Below are positions 32,119 through 43,400 of a stretch of 64,000 nt of DNA, piece after piece. The notes beneath the pieces were generated by a model. It did not search any database. It had not been told where the DNA came from and worked only from the letters and a program-made list of their open reading frames with translations. This DNA comes from Macrostomum lignano (Eukaryota), in the NCBI GenBank assembly GCA_002269645.1, contig NIVC01003131.1, forward strand, positions 1,013-65,012, given 5' to 3'. Position numbers and translations under genes: made by a program. Position 1 is the stretch's first letter; each line of letters starts with the position of its first letter.

Positions 32119-34744
32119 GATAAGTTTTTTTCTTGGTCCGCTTCATTTTCGACACAGATTCCTGGCGGTGACCTGCCTCAGCGCACCGGTAATTCTGGGC
32201 TGCGACTTCCTAAACAAATTTGACATTTCGATTCACCTGAGATCAGGCATTCTCGAGTTCAACGGCCTCGGCGTCACCTTGCCAATGCGGACATCCAGGC
32301 AGGCGGCCCAGACTTGCAAGCTGGCAGCGGCAGCCACGGTTCGACTGCAGCCAGGCGATGGCTGGATCATTCCGGTGCGGCCAGCGAGCGCGGCAGCGTG
32401 GACGAACTCGGAGGCACCAGGCGTTGTCTGCGGCAGCAAGGCGGCCAAAGTGATGATCGGCCGCAGCGTGTCCAAGCTGGTTGACCACGGAATGGGGGTT
32501 GCTGTCATCAACACCAGAGATGAGACAGTCGAGATCAAGGAGGGCGACATCGTCGGCAACTTCAACCCGCTGTCTGGCCGAGCCCTGGCGCACCTGCAAG
32601 CCGGAGGATCTGGTGATGCCAGTGAGGCAGATCCGACTACTGCAACGACCTGGCAGGACGAGGTGCAAATCGCCGATGACATCCCAACCGAGGAGCGGCA
32701 GCAAGTCGAACGCCTTCTGCTGGAGTTCAGTGACGTATTCGCGAGCCCCAGCAACCCAGGCCGCACCCAATTGTTAAAGCACGAGATCGACACAGGCAAC
32801 GCCAGGCCAATTCGCCAAGGACTGCGGCGCCTGGCTCCCACAGCGATCGCACAGCAGAAGGAGCTGGTCAACGAGATGCTGGCAAAGGGAGTCGTCCGAC
32901 CATCGTCATCACCTTGGGCATCTCCGATAGTTCTGGTTCGCAAGAAGGACGGGTCGGCCAGATTTTGCTTGGACTACCGCCTGCTGAACGCGGTGACCAA
33001 GCCCGATGCCTTCCCGATGCCCCGCATCGATGACACTCTGGATGCCCTCGAAGGAAACAGCTACTTCTCAGCGCTGGATCTCGAAAGTGGCTACTGGCAA
33101 GTCGAGATGAATGACCGAGACAAGGAGAAGACGGCATTTGTGTGCCATGAAGGCCTGTTTGAATTCAACGTGATGCCGTTCGGACTCCGGAATGCACCAG
33201 CCACCTTTCAGCGGCTCATGCAGCTGGTGCTCCGGGGGCTGACGTGGCAGGCCTGTCTGGTGTTCATTGACGACGTCATCGTGATGGGCCAGACCATCGG
33301 CCAGCACAACGATCGGCTGCGTTCAGTTCTGGAGCGACTGCGCGAGTTTAACCTGCGCCTCAAGCCGTCAAAGTGCCGATTTGCAAATACCAGCATGTTA
33401 GTCCTGGGCCACCGCGTCAGCAAGACCGGCATCACCGTCGATGAGGGCAAAACCGCGGCTGTGCGAGACTGGCCGGTGCCCCGGAGCTCGAAGGACGTCA
33501 AGAGCTTCCTCGGCATGACCTCCTACTACCGAAGATTTGTGCGCGAATACGCCAATATCGCCGAGCCTCTGCGCCGCCTTACACTGCCTACGCCCTTCGA
33601 GTGGACGCCAGAAGCCGAGGCGGCCTTCAACCAGCTGAAGCAAGCGCTGCTGTCAGCTCCGATCCTGGCGTTCCCGGACATGAGCGAGTCGGGCTCCGAA
33701 TTCATCCTCGACACCGACGCAAGTGACTGCGCAATCGGCGCGGTGCTGTCGCAAGTGCAGGCGAGCGAAGAGCGGGTTATCGCCTACGCCAGCCGCGCCC
33801 TGTCAAGAGCTGAGCGCAACTACTGCGTGACGCGGCGCGAGCTCCTGGCTGTTGTCGAGTTTGTTAAGAAGTTCCGGAGCTACCTGCTGCCGCGCGCCTT
33901 CACCGTTCGAGTGGATCACCAGGCGCTCACCTATCTGCTGGCATTCAAAGAGCCCGAAGGCCAGCTGGCCAGATGGCTGCAGCTGCTCGATGAGTTCAAC
34001 TTCAAGGTCGTCTTTCGCCGAGGCCGCCAACACGGCAACGCAGACGCCCTCTCTCGGCGAGAGCAAAAGTGCACCAGCCAGTGTCGAGTCTGTCGGCCAG
34101 GGACGACAGCGGTGGCGCCAGCCGAGACTTCAACAGCCGCCTGCCAGACGGAGCCGACGGTCGAGGCGCCAGTGCCAATCGCGGAGCCTGCTGGCCGGGT
34201 CGACACAGTCAGAGTCAACTCCGTGCAAACCAACGCAGCGACATCAGCGCCGGCTACCTCTGCGGCTGCCCAGACCAACGCCGAGCCGGAACGTCAGGGC
34301 ACCTCAAGGCGGAAGCAGCAGCTTCAACCGCGGCCAAGCGAGAGCGAGGACTCCAGCGAAGACGAAATCAGCGACGAGGCCATTCAGGAAGGCGAGGCGC
34401 TGTCAGATGCGTCTCAGTCACTGCGTGAACTGCAGCTCCGTGATCCAGACATCGGCCCGGTGTTTCGCCTGCTGTCCAACGGCAAGACAAGGTTCAGCGC
34501 CAGCAGACGTGACCGACTGTCGCCTGAGAGCCTAATTCTGGCACAGAAGATCGGCGACCTGTGTTTCGTCGACGGCGCCCTGAACAAGCTGGTGAAGTCC
34601 AAGCCTGTGCCTGTGATTCCGCGCTGCAGACAGGAGGAGTTCATCGAGGAGGTCCATGAGCTTGGGCATCTGGGCGAGGACAAGACCTTGGCAGCCCTCA
34701 AGCAGCGTTGCTACTGGCCGAAAATGGCGGAGAGCGTTCGCTAG
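31935..34744 (+). CDS. pol: Pol: aspartic protease (DTGA), RT (FIDD), RNase H (LDTDAS, DHQAL), integrase HH half; stops prematurely
   Basis: WASPIVLVRKKDG, RFCLDYR, MPFGLRNAPATFQRLM, NADALSR; in the +1 frame relative to gag. Confidence 0.93.
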
Positions 34745-34745
34745 C

Positions 34746-35774
34746 CTAGCGGTCAGGTCCTGCCAAGTGTGCCAGCGCGCTAAGACACCGAGTCAGCGCC
34801 GAGCTCCACTGCAGACTATGGCCAGTGGATTTCCTATGCAGCGCGTGGGCATCGACGTGGTCAAAGTTGGACTGTCACGGCGGGGAAACGATCGGCTGCT
34901 CACCATTGTCGACTACTTCACCAAGTGGGTCGAGCTGGTGCCACTCCCCGACGAGAAAGCGGCCACCATCGCCAAGGCACTGTTCGACAACTGGGTGACG
35001 CGTTTCGGAGCCCCGCACATTCTGCACTCCGACCGTGGCAAGGCCGTGGACGGAAAGGTCATCAGGAGCCTGTGCCGGCTGCTGGAGATTCAGAAGACGC
35101 GGACATCCGGCTACCATCCGCAGTGCGACGGCCTAGTAGAAAGGTTCCACCGCACTCTGCACCAGATGCTCCGCTGCCACCTGCAGTCAGTTCAGCCGGA
35201 GGACTGGGAAGAAGTGTTGCCGCATTGTCTCCTGGCCTACCGCAGCAGCGTCAATGCTACAACCGGGTTTACTCCTCACTGCCTGCTGACTGGCCGGGAA
35301 ATGACGCTTCCAGTTGACGTCGTCTACCGGCCACCGGAGCCGCCAATGACAGTCGGCCAGTTCGCCGCCAACAACCGCGACCAGCTGCTTCGCGCCTACG
35401 ACTCCGTGCGGCGATCGATGGCGACGGCACAACGACGCCAGCGGCGGTACTACGACCGGAAGGCCAAGCGGTGCAGATTCCGGGTCGGCGACCTCGTATG
35501 GGTTTTCGTTCCGCCGTCGGCGCTTTCAAGGACGACTGGACTGGCTCCGAAACACCAGGCGCCCTGGACCGGCCCGTTCCGGGTGCTGCAGCGAACGTCG
35601 CCGGTGAACTACTTGGTTCGTCCTATCGATTACAAGGACGGCGACACCGGTCGGGTGGTCCACGCAAACAAGCTGAAACGTGCGCACCAGCCCCGCGCTC
35701 CCGACCCGGCGCGGAGTGAGGCGACCAGCGACTGCAGCAGCGAAGTTCTTGACGATGGCTGGGTCCTAGTGTGA
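34746..35774 (+). pseudogene. Remainder of integrase (CxxC, D-D-E core, GPF motif), out of frame with pol
   Basis: CQVC, GIDVV, HSDRG, GLVERFHRTL, WTGPFRVL; separated from pol by a 4-bp insertion (CTAGC CTAGC at 34741-34750). Confidence 0.9.
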
Positions 35775-36442
35775 GTCTGACAATCTTTTTTGCCGATTTC
35801 TGCGACCTGCGCAGTTTGTGCTTGAGTTGTGCATTTGTGCGCTGTTCCAGCAGAGCTGCCTTTGCGTGTCACTTGGCTGAGTATTTTTTGCGTTTAATTC
35901 GTTTTTAAGATTCAAATCCGCTGTCTTTTCGAGTTTTAATCAGTTGTGGTTTCCGAGTTCCAGGCCGGTGCTTTATATATTCCCTTATATATTAAATCGC
36001 ATTTTGCTATCAAAATATTTATTTTCGATTTCAACAATATTTTCTAAATTCAAAAAAATTGGTAAATTTTCGCGTTGAAGTGAATATTGCATTTTTATTC
36101 CGCATTGACATAATTGTTCGATTTTTAGCATCCGTTAGGGTATGTGCGTTGATCATCATCCGATATTCTATTGAATTAGACTCGAGCATTTTCGTTCCGC
36201 GTTAGGTTCAAACTGCATTGGTGAAGTTCTAAATTGCTGTGGTTGAAGAATTTTGCCGCTATTTTTGAAGTTGGCTTTTAACTTTTGCTCATACGCGATT
36301 CGATCCTTTAGTGTCCGTCTTGTGAGCGTGCATTGAACGCAACTTGTATTGTGTCAAAGAAATATTTTCATAAAGTAGATTTTGTTCGAACTGTCAATTT
36401 TCAGCGCAATGGGGACATTGTTTTTTTTTCGCGAGGGGGTAG

Positions 36443-36757
36443 TGTAGTACACCTTAATTTCGTAATTTAAATTGGTGCCAACTCGGGGCGTGTGTTAAGT
36501 AAAGCAAAGTAATCGCATAGCAATGTAATAATACACGTATATTTTCGTTTCGTTCAATACTTTATATTCGTAACTTTATATCAGCTGAATTTCATCGCCT
36601 TAGCTCGATGGTGAGTCCAATAAATGCTGAATCATAGCTCGAACTGTTACTGGCCATGCTTTAGAGTGTGCCTAGTAAGCAGGCAGCTGTGCAAGCTTGT
36701 GATTGGGCGGTCAAGGCTCAAAGTCAAATTTAGTGTCCTGCCTCCGTTCCTGTTACA
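36443..36757 (+). repeat. 3' LTR (315 bp)
   Basis: Preceded by polypurine tract GAGGGGGTAG (36433-36442); followed by TSD AATAA. Confidence 0.96.
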
Positions 36758-37732
36758 AATAATAGAAGTTGAATTCGGTAGTACATATAAGTCAGCGCGA
36801 AACGTTTAGCGACGGAATCTTAGCAAAGCGCTATGCAAAACTTCTTCTAAGTTTTTAAATAAAGCTTTTAGTACAAATACGGACTTTGTTTTTTTTTTTT
36901 ATTGCGTGAAAAAACTAAATAAGCTTAAAAATTGTTTTATTTCCATTGTCGCGTCATGTCAAATATCTAGGAAACAAAAATTTTAAAGTCACATTTTAGT
37001 CGCATTTAATATTAATTACTAGTTATTGTATTTTTGCCGAATCTAAACCTAGTTTCTTATCTCTAATGGATTACTACAACAGTGTCCTTTGCATTTTTTT
37101 CTAATTCAGTTTCTTTTACCAAGGACTTGGATGAATTTTTGACACCCCACTGGACCAGTTGTAGTGGGTTTATTATAATTGTCATCCATTTTGTTAATTG
37201 ATTGGTTGATAATAAACATTATAAGTATCCAGCTATAGATTAGTTGTTTAGTTGTTTTGGTAATAAGAAATTTCAGTAATAGGCCTTAGTCATTTCAGTG
37301 ATAAGCAAAAGTAACTTTGGTGACAAGCCTAGACCCTTGCCTTTGATATCATTTCAATTAGAATTAGAGATATATTAATTAAGTAAAAAAGCTTGAAAGT
37401 CTCTAGCTTTTATTTTGAGGTCTGCCAAAATATTCAAGTTAAGTTTTAGTTAACTTTGATGATTTTTTAGAACAAAAGTGTTGCGATCTTTGATATTGTA
37501 CATAGGTTTACAATCTTCCTTTGAATATTTCTTGTGCACTTTTCTCAGTATGTATTTTATAATTAGAAACCTTGTGCTTTCACTTTAGGTTAAATCTGTT
37601 TAAAAATACAGCAATGAGTCAGTTTAATTTTTTGTTCAATAAGTTTTTTAGTGTTAACAAAATAGCTTAAAATGGATTATAAATGAAATGCATAGGCCTA
37701 TCATTAAAATGACCACTAACCAAATATTCCCT

Positions 37733-38934
37733 GGCATTCTTTCGTTATAGAAGACCCAAAAATGCATGACTTTCGTAATGGGAGACCCATGGAAAAGGGG
37801 AAGAAATCAATCAAAAAACAAGCATTCACTAACAAAATGAAAGTGTAGCAAAAGTTAATTCTACACAAAGTTGATGCTTTAATCGACAGTGCTTAATTTC
37901 ACACAAAGTTGTTATACTGTAATCGCAAGCGTTTATTCTACCAATCTCATACGCAGCCTGTCAAACTATAATACACTAGTGCCATGAGGTCTCTATATAT
38001 ATACACTTTTGTTTTAGAAGACCGCAAAATAGGAATATTGCTTGTGGGTCTTGTGAAACGAAAGTAAGAAAGAAGCATTGAGCTATCATACGCCAGTGTT
38101 ACTCAAGAGACACATTATCCCAGTTAATATCAAAGAGGCATTGATTGCATGTCATGGGTGCAATACTCAGTGGGTAGACCATGCAAAGTTGCTGGAAGAA
38201 CGACTTGATAAGATCACCACGAAAATGAAAGCGGAACATTGTCTCCACAGTACGAGTACGAAAGATTCAGAAACGCATGAAAGCAGCGTGCGCACGCACC
38301 CCCCCCTCACCTTCGAAAAAGAAGACCCAACTCATTTCACCTAAGTATTTACAACATGGAGGTCTTGCATTACGAAAGTAAGAGACCTTTATGTTAAACT
38401 TACTTCTGTGGAATTTCCAACAGGTAACCGACAATGAACATCGTGATGTCCATTGGGTGCAGTTTCTGTTTCTATTGTTTTTGTTGAATTTCTAGACCAC
38501 AATAGATTGCTTTTCTTCCATATCTCTACTTTCGTTTCGGAAGACCTTTAATGGATGCTTAACATTGTCGGTCTTTTAAAACGAAACTGTATATATCAGA
38601 CATTCATAGAAAATGTACCCAAGGCTGACACAGGAAAACAAATCATCTAAACCCTGTTTCTGCAGCTTTTGTTGCTGCCACCCCTACTACCTTTGTTTTG
38701 GAAGACCTTCAATGAAATAGTAGCTTGACGGTTTTCTAAAACAAAACTATAATATAAACTGTAATAAAGGACACACAAAGCCATTAAGAATAAACAAACA
38801 AAATAATAGACAACAATTCCTATGTTCCTATTCAATTCCTATGAGCAGCTTCCTATGTTTTAGGCGGGTCTTCTTTTTCAAAACTGCCAGCTTCCTATTT
38901 GATACATAGAGGGTCTTCTAAAACGAAAGAATGC
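37733..38934. mobile_element. Mutator-like (MULE) non-autonomous element, 1.2 kb
   Basis: 24-bp TIRs GCATTCTTTCGTTATAGAAGACCC / GGGTCTTCTAAAACGAAAGAATGC (1 mismatch), 9-bp TSD ATATTCCCT (37724-37732 and 38935-38943), internal copies of the GAAGACC/ACGAAAG motifs. Confidence 0.85.
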
Positions 38935-40419
38935 ATATTCCCTTTTGTCTAAGGCAAAATGTGTTTCTCATATACATGAGCAACTTATTCGGTATTTGAA
39001 AGAGATTTGGTCATTTTATATTATTATTTATGGCTAATTTCTTATTAATCACTTTTCATTCTTTATAACAAAAGTGAATATGATAATTTAGATTAGCAAC
39101 CTATAGTTAACTCTTGGAATATCATTTTAATAAATTAGACTTTTTATAGTGTTTAATTTTGATGGTTTTTTATATTTAAATGTTTTTCAGGTTTCTAATA
39201 AAGCTAATTGACTTGAGTTATTTCTTTTCTATTAAATCTAATATTAATAGGTTGTAGCCTAGTGATTAGAGTATTGGACTTGAAACATAGAGGTTGGGAT
39301 ATTTGTTTCTTGATCCTACTAAAATAATTTATGTCCTTAAGTAAGACATTTAACTATTCATTGCTTCAGTTCCGCAGATATAAAATGGGTGCTAGCAATA
39401 GCTAGGGTAATTAAGGGTATATATGATGACTCTCTAGTCCATGGACTGAACAGCTATATGCTATTTTTAGTTAGAGCTCTGCCTTTCTTGCCCAGTCTAT
39501 CTTGCTCTCCTTGGTCCATCTGCTATCTCCTCTGATTGTCTCTGCCCTTGTGTCTTGGCTCCCATCCTGACAGTGGATTGGAGTCTTGGGGTTGATGTTT
39601 GTCCCGAATTGGGGATACTGGCTGAGTCTGGGTCCTTTTGCTCTGTGCCCCTTCTCAACCCCTTGGCCTGGCCTCCAATATTGAGCTGAATAGGTGATGC
39701 CCTTGGGCTTGCAGCCCTATAGGTTTTCTGGTGGCCTGATAGGAGTCTTGCCCTTGGAAACAAGCCTTCCAGACTCACTCCAAAATTAAGCCATTTCTGA
39801 GACTTTGGGGTCTCCCTGCTCTTGGACTGCTTTTAGTAGTATTTCAAGATTTTTCTGATTCTTTTTTGTGCACTCCTGGGATTTATCTGCTGTTAGGCAG
39901 TGTCTTAGTCCATAGGTTTGGGTTGGCAGATTCCCCTGGTCCAGACGTCAAGGTCCAATCTCAGGGTATCTCAGGCTATATGCCCTTGGTAGTGCCGCTC
40001 AGCGGCAGAGCCCCTCTCAGGGCTGATCTGCAGGTAGCTCCCGGCTTCCCACTCCCATTTAACAACAACAAGCAGCCTTTAGTTGCACTGTACAATAGCT
40101 GCAGCTAAGCTGTTTGTTGCACATCTGGTCCAAGTGAGACAGGTGTTTCAAATATTATTATTATTATGTCCTATTGTATAAAAATTTAGTTTTTAGATTG
40201 GCCTTTAGGATTTTTAGCCTTATAGGTCATAGATTTCTGAAATAGTTTCTTAGCTGCTACAATGTGTTCATAAACAGCTGCTATATGCATGTGAATAAGT
40301 GCAGAGACAACTAGATAGTATTTTTTAACTAGAGTTTCAGCAGCATAGATTCAATTTCCAAGCAGTCCTTGGCTAGATATAATAGCACAGTGACTACTTT
40401 CTTCCCCACACTGATTTGC

Positions 40420-43400
40420 ATGCCCCACCAAGCCATGCTCGAAGCGTCCCGCCCAGCCGCCCGTTTCGCCGGCGCATCCGAGTACGACCGCAGCTACAAG
40501 TGGAACGAGTCCAACAAGAGCGCCAGCTTCTTCCCGAGTGGCGAGCAGCTCCGGCCCACCGCGGGCATCGAGTCACTGCGTCGCTACAACGTCATGGAGC
40601 CGCCGCTGCAGCGCAGGAAACGCGTCGAACACGTCCAGGACAGCGTGAAGCTGGGCGTGCCGGAGACCCCCACCGAGGACAGCTTCCTTTTGGCCGGGCA
40701 GAAGTCAGACAAGTTCGCGCCATCGCAGGCGCACCCCAACTACGCCAAGGAGGCGCACAAGAAGCGCAGCCTCAGCCTGGCAGCTCAGCGCGAGCAGGTC
40801 TGTTGCTTCTGTGTTAAACAAGTCTGGCTCTCGTGTCTCCACACGTCTGACTCTCGTGTCTCCACACATCTGACTCTCGTGTCTCCACACATCTGACTCT
40901 CGTGTCTCCACACATCTGACTCTCGTGTCTCCGCACGTTTGACTCTCGTGTCTCCACACGTCTGACTCTCGTGTCTCCACACGTCTGACTCTCGTGTCTC
41001 CACACATCTGACTCTCGTGTCTCCACACGTTTGACTCTCGTGTCTCCACACGTCTGACTCTCGTGTCTCCACACGTCTGACTCTCGTGTCTCCACACGTC
41101 TGACTCTCGTGTCTCCACACATCTGACTCTCGTGTCTCCACACGTTTGACTCTCGTGTCTCCACACGTCTGACTCTCGTGTCTCCACACGTCTGACTCTC
41201 GTGTCTCCACACATCTGACTCTCGTGTCTCCACACGTCTGACTCTCGCGTCTCCACACATCTGACTCTCGTATCTCCACACATCTGACTCTCGTGTCTCC
41301 ACACGTTTGACTCTCGTGTCTCCACACGTCTGACTCTCGTGTCTCCACACGTCTGACTCTCGTGTCTCCACACATCTGACTCTCGTGTCTCCACACGTCT
41401 GACTCTCGCGTCTCCACACATCTGACTCTCGTATCTCCACACGCCTGACTCTCGTGTCTCCACACATCTGACTCTCGCGTCTCCACACGCCTGACTCTCG
41501 TATCTCCACACGCCTGACTCTCGTGTCTCCACACGCCTGACTCTCGTGTCTCCACACGCCTGACTCTCGTGTCTCCACACGCCTGACTCTCGTGTCTCCA
41601 CACGCCTGACTCTCGTGTCTCCACACGCCTGACTCTCGTGTCTCCACACGCCTGACTCTCGTGTCTCCACACGTCTGACTCTCGTGTCTCCACGATCCCT
41701 GGTTCGATTCAGTACGCTTAAACATTCATTTGAGGCTTTTGTGCACGAAACATTGGCCGGGGGTTGTCATGCGTTTCACATCCACGATGGCCTGACAATT
41801 AGAAAGTCAAGGCCGCTGTACACCCTGTGTGAGCGTATGTATGAGTGTCGTGCCTGCGTACAGTATTGGTTCGCTTGCATATGCTTCGGAGTTGGCGGAA
41901 TGGGGTCGAATTGCCGTCAGCGTTGGTTGTGAGATGATGTCACCGAAGGCCACGTGTCTGTCTGTTGCTCTCGCAGGAGAGGCTCGAGCAGGAGCAGCGC
42001 CAGCGCGACCGCAAGCTGCGCCTGCAACAGAAAGGCGGCACAGAGGCCGCGCAGAAACCCGCCGTGAACGGCGGCGGCGGCGGCGGCGGCGACTTCTTCA
42101 CTGACGACGACGAGCCGCCAGTGGCGACGCCGGAGACGCCGCGCGAAGTGAAGCGGCAGCTGACCATGCCGGACCGGCAGCGGAAGCAGAGGGAGAAGCA
42201 GCGGCAGCAGCAGCAGCCCCCAAAGCGCCATCACCGCCGGCGCCGTCACCGCAGTCAGGAGGCCGCCGCGCCAGCCGAAGCGTCCGTCTCAACCAAGGAG
42301 CTGGAGGCTCAGCTGGCCAAAGCCCGCCGGGAGTCCCGACGCCTGGAAGCTGAGGCCCTGATGAGGCGCGGCGAAGGCGGCGGTGGGGCAGCTGAGCCGC
42401 CGGCCGCTGTCGAGCCGCCGTACCAGCGGCCGAAGACGCCGCCGTTCTACAGGGACCTGCAGGCGGATCCGTACGCCGTGCGCGACCCCGACTACGCCAA
42501 AAAGCGGCAGCTGGGCCTCGCCGATGCCAAACGGCCCCAGGGCAACAAGCCGACTAAGGCGAGCGAGTACCAGGTGAGGGGTGGGGTATGTCTCACAGGT
42601 GAGGTGTGGGGGATGTCTCACAGGTGAGGGGTGGGGTATGTCTCACAGGTGAGGGTGGGGTATGTCTCACAGGTGAGGGTGGGGTATGTCTCACAGGTGA
42701 GGGTGGGGTATGTCTCACAGGTGAGGTGTGGGGGTGTCAGGTGAGGGGTGGGGTGTCTCACAGGTACAGGTGAGGGGTGGGGTATGTCTCACAGGTGAGG
42801 GGTGGGGTATGTCTCACAGGTGAGGTGTGGGGGATGTCTCACAGGTGAGGGTGGGGGTATGTCTCACAGGTGAGGGTGGGGGTATGTCTCAGGTGAGGTG
42901 TGGGGTTGTCTCACAGGTGAGGGGTGGGGGTGTCTCACAGGTGAGGGGTGGGGGTGTCTCACAGGTGAGGTGTGGGGGATGTCTCACAGGTGAGGGGTGG
43001 GGTATGTCTCACAGGTGAGGGTGGGGTATGTCTCACAGGTGAGGTGTGGGGGATGTCTCACAGGTGAGGTGTGGGGGATGTCTCACAGGTGAGGGGTGGG
43101 GTATGTCTCACAGGTGAGGTGTGGGGGGTGTCTCACAGGTGAGGTGTGGGGGTGTCTCACAGGTGAGGGGTGGGAGGGGTATGTCTCAACTACTTTGGCT
43201 TCTTTTTGTCCCGACTCGACTCTTCCCCTACCACTAAACTTGACGGAGCGGTCAGGCTGGCTTCTGACACTCGAGACCTCAAATTTTCCGAGTTTGATTG
43301 GGCGATCGCAATAATCTTGAGCTCAATTACTCGAGTTCAGCCAGCTGCTCGGCCGCAAAGCTCAAACTACTCAATCCCCAACCGCCCTCCAGTTGAGCTA

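Larger units (their letters stand above)
30191..36757 (+). mobile_element. Full-length Ty3/Gypsy LTR retrotransposon (6567 bp)
   Basis: TG...CA LTRs, 5-bp TSD AATAA on both sides, PBS, PPT, gag with CCHC, pol order PR-RT-RH-IN. Confidence 0.97.

Noticed and set aside
35775-36432. env-like third ORF in the Gypsy 3' region
   Set aside because: The 660-bp region is T-rich with no substantial ORF.
39490-40090. GC-richer patch upstream of MDM1 with a 93-aa minus-strand ORF
   Set aside because: No recognisable motif, termini or splice support; possibly decayed transposon sequence but unsupported.
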